Below, in pieces: positions 37,501-49,900 of a stretch of DNA of 64,000 bases (position 1 is its first letter; each line of letters begins with the position of its first letter). The stretch is from the NCBI GenBank assembly GCA_043228905.1, contig JBHGNT010000013.1, positions 20,336,001 to 20,400,000 on the forward strand. The letters are read 5' to 3'. Below the pieces are notes generated by a model. That model was not told the DNA's origin. It did no database searches and saw only the letters and a list, made by a program, of their open reading frames with translations. The stretch comes from Azolla caroliniana (taxonomy: Eukaryota; Plantae; Polypodiophyta). Both the position numbers and the translations under genes were made by a program.

Positions 37501-39401
37501 TGCTGTATGTTGATCATCTAGTCATCACCAGACCAGGTGTTCCAGAAATCAACCGCGTCAAGTTCCTGTTGTCGAACGCATTTGAGATGAAGGACCTGGG
37601 CGACCTTCATTATTTTCTTGGGATCGAGGTGATCCGAACCCCCGACGGCATATTACTCTCACAACGACATCACATCTTGAATATGTTGTACAAGTTCGGC
37701 ATGACAAACTGCCGACCTGTCTCCACACCCTTGGACCAGAAACAGAAGCTCCATCCCAACTCCGGACCGGCCTGCAACGAGAAACGGTTCCGACAAATTG
37801 TCGGAAGCCTTATTTACCTAACTATCACACACCCTGACATCAACTATCCGGTCGGAATGTTAAGTCAGTTCATGCAGAAGCCGACCGTGGAGCACCTTAA
37901 GTGCGTGCAGCGGATATTGCGATATGTACGCGGCACGAACGACCGGGGACTGTTATACCGGCGTTATATAACCGAAGAGCTCGTCAGTTACAAGGATGCC
38001 GAATGGGTTGGCGATGCATCACATCGCCGATCAACCTCTGGTTACATGTTTTCCCTAGGTAGCACGGCTGTTGCGTGGAGCAGCAAAAAGCAGCCAACAG
38101 TTGCTCTGTCGAGCACTGAGCCTGAGTATCGGGGCGCTACCATTGCCACCTGTGAAGCCATTTGGCTTCGGCGACTACTACAAGACTTACGGATCGAGGT
38201 ACCAACCCCGATTATTGTCTACTGCGACAACATAAGCAGCATGCAAGTCGCCAAGAACCCTGTGTTCCATGCTCGCACGAAGCACATAGAAGTGCATTAT
38301 CAGTTTGTGCATGAGCGGGTCCTGATCGGTGAGGTTGAACTACGGTATGTTCCCACGAATGCGCAAGTTTCCGACATCTTCACCAAGCCGCTCAGATCGA
38401 ACAAATTGCAGCACTTTACCGACATGCTTGGTGTTCAGCATCTCGACGTGCCACACTTGAGGGGGAGAACGGGCAGAGACACCGGAACGGGCAAAGGCAA
38501 AGAGACTGCCGATTGCGCCGATGAGGGAAGAACAGAAGGCGGCAGAGTCAAGAAGGACAGAGCCGACCGAAGGAAGAAGGCCAAGACCCGGACAGGGTCC
38601 GATGTGGTAATGGGCTTGGAACCAAAAGACGAATCGGGAGCAACCGATTCGGACAAGAGCTGGAACGAATTGGAAACAGTCGATTCGGTTCAACAGACAG
38701 ATTCGGAAGAACCGGATCAATTCAAGGCCAAGCAGACACGGATGCACCGGATCGATAAGCGTCGAAGTCATAGCAGCGAAGGAGCTGAGAGGGGCCTATT
38801 GAGCATACATACCGACCGAGAAGGTCGAGGCACGCAGAACAAGAAGGATCGCGGCAAACAAAACCGGACCGGACGAGGAGCGCGAGCAAGGCGAAGCGAC
38901 GCCAGGAGAAGTCGGTTGGAAGAACCGGCTGCCACAAAGATTGTCACTAAGATCCAACCTCAAGTTGAGCTTGAGGGGGAGTGTTGAGCGGCAAGCTCAA
39001 CTAGAGCCAGATCGGCTGAATAAGCCTGAGCCGGCAAGCGAGACTAATCGGTAAGTTGTGAGCAACCGAGCCGGCAAGCAACAGAGCCGGTGAGCTAGGG
39101 AGCCGGTTAGCCGGATCCAATCAGTAACCGGAAGCCTAGTATTAGTGTAGACTACTAGGCAATAATAGTCTCGTAGTAAGTGTCAAATGCTCGTGTGAGC
39201 ATTGAAGTATGCGGTACTTCTGTCAATCCCACGAGGACTTGTATAAATAATGCTACTAAGCATAGTTGTATACACAGAGTGTTTTTATCGTTTTTGAATA
39301 TAGCATTGACGTTCTGCTCTCTCTTTGTCTCTCTCGTGTACTCTGTCTGTGTATTCCCTACCTTCTCTATTTTCTAATGCTTCCACAAGTAATCATTCAC
39401 A
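34574..39401 (+). mobile_element. Copia A4 element with both LTRs (34574-34991, 38982-39401), Met-i PBS and an internal integrase deletion
   Basis: TGTTGAG...TTCACA LTRs; TGGTATCAGAGC at 34992; TSD AGGTG/GGGTG; gag starts ~35097. Confidence 0.93.
36648..38987 (+). CDS. pol: Copia A4 RT-RNase H plus ~170-aa charged C-terminal extension (catalytic YVDD reads YVDH)
   Basis: KARLVAKG, QMDVKNAFL, SLYGLKQAP, LYVDH, TKHIEVHY, DIFTKPL, then open frame to ELEGEC*. Confidence 0.9.
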   Translation: MFPDLPHGGMRRGRRRCQNSEPATMSRIGVHPTPPRRKVDLRRRRPNRPKKAKPGNGELRRSTRQKDPITRYRYNEYMAHHYAYMTKVAEVREPESYAEGAKDANWRAAMEEEMRALDVNKTWNLVDPPHHCKPIGCKWIYKVKYNADSFVNRYKARLVAKGYAQTHGINYDETFAPVAKMTTVRVVLAVAAARGWHLHQMDVKNAFLQGDLEEEVFMTQPPGFQSEMNKSAVCRLKKSLYGLKQAPRAWNAKITHRLRKMGFVASKSDSSLFIRQGSAGPVCILLYVDHLVITRPGVPEINRVKFLLSNAFEMKDLGDLHYFLGIEVIRTPDGILLSQRHHILNMLYKFGMTNCRPVSTPLDQKQKLHPNSGPACNEKRFRQIVGSLIYLTITHPDINYPVGMLSQFMQKPTVEHLKCVQRILRYVRGTNDRGLLYRRYITEELVSYKDAEWVGDASHRRSTSGYMFSLGSTAVAWSSKKQPTVALSSTEPEYRGATIATCEAIWLRRLLQDLRIEVPTPIIVYCDNISSMQVAKNPVFHARTKHIEVHYQFVHERVLIGEVELRYVPTNAQVSDIFTKPLRSNKLQHFTDMLGVQHLDVPHLRGRTGRDTGTGKGKETADCADEGRTEGGRVKKDRADRRKKAKTRTGSDVVMGLEPKDESGATDSDKSWNELETVDSVQQTDSEEPDQFKAKQTRMHRIDKRRSHSSEGAERGLLSIHTDREGRGTQNKKDRGKQNRTGRGARARRSDARRSRLEEPAATKIVTKIQPQVELEGEC

Positions 39402-41044
39402 GGGTGCATGCTCGTTCTTTGGCCCTCCGTCGACCGTAATGCATGCTCTGTATCGCGCCGTAGTGCATGCTTTGTGTTACTCGCTTGTCCCGCCGTAGTC
39501 CCGACCTCCACATCGGCCTCTTCTCCCTTTGTTGTTGTAGCCCCTTTCGACTCCGGCTTATCTTCTTGGTCCTGCTCGTCCGTCATTCCGTATGGGATAC
39601 CCGTTCTGGTAACCTCGTCCTCTCTGGCCTTACGTCGATCTGCAACCACCGAAGTCTCTAGAATAGGTGTGGAGGGTTCCTCTTGTTTCTGGTCTTCCAC
39701 CGGACTGTAGTCATTGCGTCCGCTTGGCCTCCTTCTCATGCTCACCAGCTCCCACCGCGTGTCATGGCTCATGTACCTCAACCTCCAATCATGCCGGCAT
39801 AGCCCTTGCCCGGATCGGTCTCAGCCGATCGAGTTCTTGTTCTGTCGGCTCTCTGCCATGATCGTAACAGGCCGGTACGGGTTCGACCAAATAATCCTGG
39901 CCTTGCCGGCTCTTCTTCGGTTCCGGCCCGGTTGACAAACCCCGCTCCAATCTTCTTCTGCGTCATCTTCCGGTCGTATCGGATTACCGACCGGTTCGTC
40001 TTTTGGCCAGGTCAGTTCCCGACTCTCTCCTCTTTGCCACTCCCGGCCTCCCTTTCGGTCCTTCTGCACGTGCCCACTCCGGGCCTCGCATCCTCACGGC
40101 CACCGCCCATCTCACCGATCTTATGTTGGTACGCAACCGCCGAAGTCTCCGGCCCTGGTGTCGAGGGATCTTCCTCATTCTCATTTCAGTCACCCGCCTT
40201 GCCGCTGCCACCGTAGGTCTCACACTGACTCTCAGGCCGGCCGCCGGAGTCTCTAGAACCGGTGTGGGTAAGGTCCCGACACCGCCGCTCGTCTCCTCTT
40301 CGCTTGATGTTTCGGGCCACCATGTCCCAAATCCTCCATCCACTCTCGAAGTGGCACTCCCCGCTTCGTAGTCATCGGCCTCATCCATGGTCGTCCCTTC
40401 ACCGCAAGACGAGAGGGTCGCTTGCTCCGCACCCTCTCCCGTGTCGGCGCCGCACGCTCTTCCGGCCTCCGCCTAGGCCCCGACATCCGCGATAGACCCT
40501 TTTTCGGCTTTGAACTTCGCCTTCACGCTCTCGTACACCTCCCATACCAATTCCCCTTGGTCGTACTCATCCGATACATCATGCATCGAGCTCTCCTCCG
40601 GCGGTAGTGTGTTGTCACTCACCGTCCTCTTTTCTCCGCCGCTCGTGGGCCATGTTGTGGCTGACCGCTTCTCATCATGTTGCCGGCATACCCACTCTAG
40701 TGTCGCGTACCCGTACGCCTCCAATAAAGCTCCCTCAAAGGCCTCCCACGAATCGTGAGCTTCTCGAAGCTCCTTGACCTCTCTGTGCAGCCGCCACTCG
40801 ACAAAAATAATCTAGCCTTATTGCTTCGTCCACGCCCCTCTTCATCATCTCAGCATTGTACGCTTCTAAGAATCTTGGGACATCGTCCCCGTTCAACCGG
40901 CCGACTTAGTCAACCACCCTCTCGACGGCTTGTTGAGTCGCATCTTGCCTAGCCTTCTTCCGTTTGGCATCCATCACAATCTTTTCCATCATCTCCGCAA
41001 AGTCGAAGTCTTTGTCTTCCATCTCCGTCCTCCCTTGCCGCCTT

Positions 41045-41062
41045 TTCACGTCGGGTTCACCA
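41045..41062 (-). promoter_or_regulatory. PBS complementary to tRNA-Trp
   Basis: Plus strand TTCACGTCGGGTTCACCA matches the 3' 18 nt of plant cytosolic tRNA-Trp as recalled. Confidence 0.8.
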
Positions 41063-41660
41063 ACTTGATGTCGCGGTATTCCGCGAGTACGTGTAAGATC
41101 ATAGGCGGGACTGCGGGGGTCTCGGACTAGGGAGTAGAGGGGGAATGGAATCTTAGCTTGAGAGGAGAGGAGAAAGAATAGGACATAAACATAGAATGGA
41201 TGGAACAATAGATGGAGGTAAGATACACAAGTTATATTAAGACTCTGCGAACGATTACAACCATGGCCGCTTAGGCTGCACCAAAACGACTACAAGAAAA
41301 CCCTAACCGTATAAGTAAAGTAAAGAAGATGATGAAGAAGAAACCCTTAGCGAAACCCTAAACCCGAAATGGTATGAAGAAGAAGAAGAATAGTAAAACC
41401 CTAGACCAAACCCTAAAACTGAAATAGAAACCCTCGACCTAAGTGGTATACCTCTCTCACTCAAAATAGGCAACCCCTTCACAAGTGACCCCTCCCTTCC
41501 TTTTATAGCCCAAGGAGGGAGGGGCCTTACAATGTGGGATAAATTTCCCCTCTTTATTCTATACACCATTTTACATTGTAAATGTGCACATGTTGCACAC
41601 CACCGACTTGCTCATTCCATCCCGGTTTCACACCGTAGCCGGAAATCTTCACAAAACCGT

Positions 41661-42690
41661 TGTCGCATCATTCCGCAAGTATGTGTAGGATCTTAGGCGG
41701 GATCGTGAGGGTCTTGGACTAGGGAGACGGATGGTGGAGTTCTTAAGCTTTGTGGGCTTCGGTCCGGAATCGGCTTCCGGCCCCAACGAATGTAGGGTTT
41801 CACAAAAAGACAGTTCATCGTGAATATGGACCTGACTCAAATATGTTACAAGGAAGATAGATATACACTAACATGAATATATATTACAAGATTTTACAGC
41901 AAGACAGTTACATGTCCTAATCCGATGGCTATTAAGAACAATCGGCTAATACATCAAGATAAGAATGGGGGACCGGTGAAGGCGAGTCAAGTGGGCTGCC
42001 AGGACCGCAACGTCCATCGTTGGTCATGCCCCAAAGACGATGGAGTGTTCCCGTGCCACTTCGCCCTCCCTTCTTGAATCGGCCGCCATGCGAAACATTC
42101 TCCATTCAGGAGAGGAAACCGAACCTCCAAGTGCCGCCGTTGAAGTGCCGCTACTGGAATGCCGAAGAGCCGTTGTTGTAGAAACCCCAAACCAAAACAC
42201 TAACTCGACCGAGAAGAAGGTTAACCCAAAACCCCAAGCTTATGAAACCTAGATCACATAAAGAAACCTGAAAACCCTAACTGCCCCCATAATCTCTCAC
42301 AAGATGAAGAATGAGACGAAGTACTAAACCTCCACTCAAGAAGAAGGAATCAAACCCATAAGACAAAGAAGAAGAAAACCCTAAATGAAACCCTAAACGA
42401 AATAGGGAGGAATACCAAAGTAGAAACCCTTAGAAAATAAGAATAAGAGAAAACTACCTAGCCCAAATCTAACGGTATACCCTCCTAACTCAAAATGGGA
42501 AACCCCTCTACAAGGGACCCTCCCTTCCTTTTATAGAACAAGGAGAGGGATGCATTACAATATTGGATAAATCCCGATTTACATGGGATTGTCTATCCCG
42601 ACTTAACTCCTACTCTGCGCCATAAAGGCACCCCTATTATTCACAAGTTTTTACAAGGGTAAGAGCACATGATACACTCCGCCGATTCCT
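41661..42690 (-). mobile_element. Group D-like LTR, truncated at its right end
   Basis: Starts TGTCGC; 42480-42685 is homologous to the reverse complement of 21545-21770. Confidence 0.75.
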
Positions 42691-43500
42691 CCCTTTGCCG
42701 GCCACAACACCTGCACCTGGCTCACCGGCCCCAAGAAAGATTTCTTCACAACAACCGACCAACTGCAGGAAATCTAGCTACCACCATTGAACATCCGCCG
42801 TCTTCGCCATCATCTCTGCCACCACCTGCCCCCCGACGAACCCCCCTACTCAATTCTACTCGCCCCCGACGCCCGACGCTCCCCTCCCACAGTGGACCCG
42901 GGAGTGTGCACTCATTAGGTTTCGGGGGATGTTAAGCGTTGGAATAACAACACAACCAATCACGAATAAGAATGCATCAACAAGGACGTAGTACGAAGAG
43001 GAAACGGCAAGAGGAAAGGAAAGCAAAGAGACGGTCAAATGTGAAAGGCCCATACCCTAAACGTGAAAGCTATATAAACCACATAGTAGTGGCTTTGTGG
43101 GGGTTCTCCCATTTGTAAAGATCTCCTATTTATTAGAGCTAGAGCTTCCTTTCCTCCTTGTAACCTTTGAGCTTAAGAGAGATTAGTGAAGTGTTGAGTT
43201 AGAGAACACTAATCTCTCTCCTTGTTGGTGCTAGACCTCTTAGCAAAGAGGGTTAATAATAGACATACTCTTCCTTCTTATTGTCTACATCTATTAATCT
43301 ATTGTCTATGAGAGAGAGTGCGAGAGAGTGCGAGAGATATTGTGCTTAATCATGTACTAACTGTTGAGTGAGTGTGAGGCTCGGAGGTATCCGACAACCA
43401 TCTCCGCCCGATTCACCATCAAGAGGGTATACGCCGGTCCAAATCCCGCCATGATATCGAGGAGCTTACTCCATCGATACATAGATTCTTAACATCTATT

Positions 43501-43518
43501 TGGCGCCGCTGTCGGGGA
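43501..43518 (+). promoter_or_regulatory. PBS resembling tRNA-Asp complement (Athila type)
   Basis: TGGCGCCGCTGTCGGGGA versus the canonical TGGCGCCGTTGCCGGGGA. Confidence 0.75.
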
Positions 43519-43599
43519 TACGACCGACGCTTGAAGCCTATTTTCGAGTAGTCAAAAATTCGGAGGCAAACGACTCAACGAAGGAAGAAATCGCAAGAG

Positions 43600-44165
43600 A
43601 ACCACCATTTTCTGTTTTTTTCATCATTTCATAGTTTAATTAAGTCCATTTTCTGTTTTTTCTCATCATTTCATAGTTTAATTAAGTCCATTTTCTATTT
43701 TTTCTCATTATTCCATAGGTTAATTAAGTCGATTTTTTGTTCATTCGCTCGGTTAACATTAAACATTGTGGCGATTAGGCCGTTACGGGGCAAGCATAAT
43801 CACCGCGAGTCTCACGGCTTACGATCACTCCACGGGTCACAAAACGACCGTTGGCGCCAAAAAGTTTGAATTTCCCACGCAAAGTTCGTCGAAAGAACAA
43901 CCTTCGACGAAGATTCATCCTTGGACCAATATTCATCCTTGGACTAAGATTCATCCTTCGACGAAGATTCATCCTTGGACTAATATTCATCCTTCGACGT
44001 AGATTCATCCTTCGACGTAGATTCAACCTTCGATGAAGATTCATCCTTGGACTAATATTCATCCTTCGACAAAGATTCAGCCTTCGACGAATATACAACC
44101 TTCGACGAATCTTCATCCTTCGACGAAGATTCAACCTTCGACAAATATTCATCCTTCGACAAACC
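43600..44165. repeat. 5' UTR tandem arrays of element E (~42-bp x3 and an 18-bp array)
   Basis: ccattttctgttttt..catagtttaattaagt x3; attcatccttcgacgaag-like units at 43895-44165. Confidence 0.85.
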
Positions 44166-44187
44166 TATAAAAGCTTGACCAGAAAAC

Positions 44188-46634
44188 ATGGCGAGATCCT
44201 CATGGACAGAGATGTTCAAAACTCGACCCGCACGCCTAGAGGAGTCCACGCAAACCAACCAAACCCACGATGCCGCCCCACCTAACCCGACTCAGTACCA
44301 CGGAGGGTGGCTAACTCCGGGGATACTACCAAACATGAACCTCCCATTGAGCCCAGGAACTAAAGCACTTCTCAACACACCCCCACTACAGGAGAGCCGA
44401 ATGGCAGACCCACTCAATGTAGAACAACATATACGAGATGCAGCGCAAGAGTTACGGGCGATAGAACACGAAATCAATCTATGGACGGTACATCTTTCGA
44501 AAGGAGGACAACTGGAAAGCACCACTCAAGATATCAAAGCCGCTTTGGCAAAAAGGAAGGATAGATTCGCACGAGTGCAACAAAAACTTCACCTCCTAGA
44601 AACATTGTCGCACATGCACCGCCGAAGTCAGAGCCCGTACCGCATTCGAGCACAACGGGTGATAGCCCGAACGAAACCCGTGCACAACGACACCCGACAC
44701 CACCACGCATGGGCACAATCCCTACATCTAACCAAGCTACCCCTACAGCTCCAAACGCCGAACTCGCACTAGCGCTACAATCCATCCAAACTCTCGTAGC
44801 ATTGATGGAAAAAGAGCGAGCACCCATAGACCATCCGAGAAACCTCACAAATGACAGTGGGAAGAGTGCTTCCATTTCTAAACTAGTACCCCGTTTCCTC
44901 GGTTTCGGCAATGCCTATGACCATGTCGAGAGGTTCAAACAGATTTGTTGCGCTTATGAACCCCTCACAGAGATCACCAAGGTAGCTGCGTTTGAACTTA
45001 CATTTGATGACCAAGCCGGAATCTGGTTTCGAACCTTGAATGAAGACATCGCTGCCGATTTCGAGTATGTCATCGAGGATTTCTTGATAAACTTCGCTCG
45101 CAAAGGGAATAAATGGAACCCGATTGACCAACTTTTCGCCCTCAAGCAAGAAGCGAACGAAATGGTCAGGGACTACATATGTCGCACGAAAAGCCTACAT
45201 CATCGTTGTAGTCCGAACGACAAGATGTCGGATGACAAGTTGATGACTCGTTTCATTAATGGGTTGTTCGATCCGACACTCCAAAATTTCCTAATTGCCA
45301 AGATGTGTCGATCATTTGCTGAAGCCTACACAGTAGTGATGACCTTTGAAGATTCGATGAGTGGGTTACAAATACCCACTCACGCACCCACGAACAACCA
45401 CGAGAAATCCTCTGACTCCACCCCTGCTCTACCCACACCACCGCGAACACCCCGTATAGAAAGACCCCAAGCATACACCCAACTAGAAAATGTAAGGTGC
45501 ACGGTATGTCACGGACACCACACGTGACATGAGTGTCCCCTCCTTCATCAATGACGACCACAATACTGTAAATGGTGCAAAGCTTTCGTGATGCATACGC
45601 AAGAGAATTGTTGGCAAGCCCCCACTGGAAGGTACGGCCAAACGCCAATCGTGGAACACCCACGCTCACCTCCACCACTTAGCCGCCCACCACTACCAGC
45701 GATACTCCCTCAACAACCCCCACTACCGCGCATCGGTGCCCACCTCGTTGAACTAGAGTATACCACAGATAACCAAACCTAGGTCGGGGCGAGCACCCCC
45801 AAATATGAAGACTCGTACCGGGAGTATGGCATTGAAGAAGAGGTCTTGTCCCATTTCGTGGATTTTGAAGGCGACCAAATACCAGTGTACGTCCTGAGAG
45901 GGGAACAACGTGGACCCCCTATGGGATACTGCAACAACAATGGTCTAAGGAGGTCAAAATTGAAATGCTTCAACTGCCAAGGCCCACATATGGTTAGCGA
46001 GTGCCCAACCAAACATGAATACTAAAACCAGATGGCCCAACGACCATGACACCTCCCACTCGACACGCCCCCGCAACCACTAACGCAAGGGCCCACCCAA
46101 CAGTCACAAGACCTCATCGAATGGTTCCAAAGAGAAGCATCATGCCCAGGGTGTGGTAAAGAACACCTAGTACTTGATTGCCCAGAAAAGAAGGAAAGGG
46201 TCGGCACAAATCTGTTGTCCATTGTACCATCCACGATCAGTGCCAATGTCATCAGACGAGCCCAACGAGTAGCGAACAATTTAAAATACCAAGATCAAGG
46301 TCTCCCCGCGACCGCACGTAAGAGACGCAAATCTAGAAAGAATAATTCCACGCAGACCTCAAAACAAGATCAAGAACTGGAGGGAGACACAGAAACATTA
46401 CCTGTCAATCCGAATCAAGAACTGTCGGCGCACCTAGCGGCATACCCAAACCCAGTAGCTGAGAAACAAAAAGTAGAAGAATACATCAAACTTATACACC
46501 ACGAACAGTTTGAAAAATCACTTAGCCTCCCCAACTTAAACTTTGACCAACTAGAAGAATGGGTAAACCCCTCACCTCCCCCCGTCGTCACACCAACTGA
46601 CACCCCCACTTGCCATCCTACCCCGATCAAATAG
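44188..46634 (+). pseudogene. gag: Element E gag (capsid-like domain and several zinc knuckles), frameshifted
   Basis: HVERFKQIC, LKQ..NE.VRDY, FINGL, CTVCHG.H...C, CFNCQGPHMVSEC, CPGCGKEHLVLDC. Confidence 0.8.
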
Positions 46635-46949
46635 GTCAACACAGCCCTACTCCAGCAAATCTTAAATTTAAGATTGCGACTCACATTACGCGAAGTGCAG
46701 AGCTACACTGGCACCTTCACCACCGACAACCCCCCACTATGACCTCTACTCGCTAAGGAAATAGAGTTCACGCTCGAAGAACTACTCAAACTCGACATTC
46801 AACCGTGGCACGACGTCCTCCGACGCCTCAATGGTGGCCTATCAACGGGATATGGTGAAGGGATACACACCCACACTCCTCACACATCCACAGTCCTCAA
46901 ACAACCTGAAGGACCGCCAATCGACGTCCACGAAGCTCACTTCGAGAGC

Positions 46950-49900
46950 GACGACATTAGTTTCACTCTACCAGTATGTGTCAATGGTAAGACGTGTCAC
47001 GCCATCATTGACACCGGAGCAGGGGTAAGTATCGTCAGTTACGAATGTTGGTGTAAGTGGGGGAGCCAAAGAATGCTTCCTTCCGATGTCAAACTATGAA
47101 TGGCAGATGGGTCCATCCAAAGACTGGAAGGCATGATTCCTGCGCATCACTTCACTATCCACGGAGTGGAGTTCAATCTCACCTTCGTCGTCACAAGATC
47201 GTCCAACCATGTAGCCTACGAGTGCTTACTAGGAAGACCATTCCTACATATAAGCCGCTTGGTAATGGATTTTGGGAACAATATAATCTATATGCGTAAG
47301 GACAACAAAACCTTCCGCATCAAAGCATACACACAAAAAGTGCATGAACAAGAAGGCAGCCCTCTCGTAGACGATTGGTCAGAAACCATTGAGTTCGAGA
47401 CCAACCTCCTAGCATGCAACCCCCCAAAGACAGTTCAACTCTTGACCAGAGGCCAACACTTTCCTCAAAGCCTCACCACTTCCAAAGAGGAGAACGCACG
47501 TGAGAGAGACGACCAATCTGTCGCTTCCGAGACGTCAGAGATGAATTGGGTGCACGCTCTCGCCACAACCGACACAATGTACCCTATAGGTACAAAGTGT
47601 TGTGAAGAGGACGGAGAAACAATCTCGTGCTTCAACGTCACCACCCTGGGACCCCGGCGAAAAGAGGTAGATGTAAAGGATGAAGAACTGGTACAACGAG
47701 TCACACGTCCGGGTGATGTCACGACCACTAAGAAGGCTATGACGGAAGCGGACTAACCAGAGCATTTCAAACTCTATGAACAAGGGAGTAGGGCAGTGGC
47801 TTGTAAGAGACCACAACGCAACCCCCAAGGCCTAGGAGAAGTCTATGATGGACCGGCAAGGGTGAAAGAAATCAACCTCGGGAAAGGGACAGACTCCAAA
47901 CTAGTGTTCATAGCCATAGATCTCTAGCCCGACGAGGAGGCGTCCTTGATCACCCTCCTCACGGAATTTAGCGACGTGTTTGCATGGTCGTACGTCGACA
48001 TGAAGGGAGTCCCAGGTGAGGTTGTCACCCATGGTATCCCCATGCGAGCCGACGCCCGCCCAATCCGGCAAAGGCCACGTCCAATGAACCCAAACTACGC
48101 CCAACTCGTGAAAGCCGAAATCAACAAAATGTTGGTTGCAGGCATTATCTACCCAATCAAACGAACTACTTGGGTCTCCCTGATTGTAGTCGTCCCAAAG
48201 AAAAACGGCCAGATCCGCATATGTGTAGACTACCGCCAAGTTAACGAACCCACTATCAAGGACAATTACACGGTACCCTACATCGAACATCTACTCGAAA
48301 GAACCGCAGGAGCAGAAGCGTATAGCTTCATCGACGGGTTCTTCGGGTACAACCAAATCTCAGTGGTCCCTGAGGATCAACACAAGACAGCATTCGTGAT
48401 GGAATTTGGTACGTTCGCATACAAACAGATGCCTTTCGGACTCATGAGTGCCTTGAGCACCTACCAAAGAGCGGCGGACCATATCTTTGCCGCAAGGTTA
48501 CGACAAGGGGTGGAGTCTTATGTTGACGACTTATGTTGCAATTCGAAATGGCATGACCACTTGGGGCTACTCTGTTTGACATTCGAAAAATACAGAACCT
48601 ATCAACTCTCTCTCAACCCGCTCAAGTGTTAGTTTTGGGTCAAGCACGGAATAATATTAAGACACGTCGTGTTCCGCTACGAGATCTCGACCGATGAGGC
48701 AAAAGTAAAACTCATCCTCGACATGCCACCCCCCACGAACGAGAAACAACTACAAGGGTTCATGGGATACGCGGGTTACTATAGACGCTTCATTAAGATG
48801 TTCGCGGACAAGGCTAGACCACTCTACTCCCTATTAAAGCAGTTCGTGTGGACAAAAGAATGCACACACTCCTTCAAGCTCTTGAAAGAGTGCCTAACTA
48901 AGGCCCCCATCCTCCGGCTTCGCGATAGAACAAAAGAATTCCACGTTCACACCGATGCTTCCGCCTTCGCGATTGGTGCAGTGCTAGCTCAACCCGGTGA
49001 AGGGGCACTCGACCTACCGGTCACCTTCGCTAGTCGCCAACTAAATGCCGCGGAACGAAATTACTCCACGACGGAATGGGAGGCTTTGGCCATGGTTTAC
49101 AGCGTAAAGAAATTCCACCACTACCTGTTGGCTTCCCGGTTCTCGTTTTTTGTAGATCATCAGGCCCTACTCTACTTAATAAACAAAACTCACGCCACCA
49201 GACGCATCTCACAATGGATCGTAACGTTACTCGAGTTCGACTTCAAGGTAGTAGTGAGAAAAGGGAAAGACCACGTACTCGTCGATCATTTCTCCCGGAT
49301 TCCCAACGGAGAAGAAGCCACTAGGGCCGACGATGAAACACTAGATGCAACATTATTCGCGATCGACACCGTACCAGCATGGGCATCAGACATAGTTCGC
49401 GTCCTTACTGAAGGAGCGTCCTTTCTAAAACAACTACCACAGACACACGCGCGTGCCTTGCTAAAGAAATGTGGCCCCTTCACGATGCTCCGAGGCAATT
49501 TGTATCGCCGGGGTAACAATGATCTACTTCGGAGGTGTATAACAGACCATGACATTGTCACCACCCTCGAACAAGCTCATTGCTGAGCAGAAGTGGTCAT
49601 TTCAATCACGAGACCACTGCGCGCAAGATCCTCCAGTCCGGCCTATGGTGGCCAACACTCTTCAAAGACGCATACGCGTACGTACGTCGCTGTGACGAGT
49701 ACCAACGTTTCAAACACCCGCTAAAAGAGGATTTTAATACGTTAAACTCGGTGGTGGCATGGCAACCATTCGAGAAATGGGGTATCGACTTTATCGGCCC
49801 AATAAGCCCAGCTTCCAACCTCAACCGATACATAATAACCACCACCGACTACGCCACCAAGTGGGTCGAAGCTAAAGCTTGCGTTAACGCCGACATGCGT

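Larger units (their letters stand above)
33111..41656 (-). mobile_element. Non-autonomous LTR element D (LTRs 33111-33706 and 41069-41656; TSD CCGT; degenerate gag-like interior)
   Basis: Two similar LTRs; PPT and 3' UTR resemble element G; CCGT at 33107-33110 and 41657-41660; no recognisable RT. Confidence 0.85.

Noticed and set aside
39402-40760. Many overlapping ORFs in the element D interior
   Set aside because: GC-rich degenerate sequence that is open in several frames; no domain can be supported beyond a possible gag remnant
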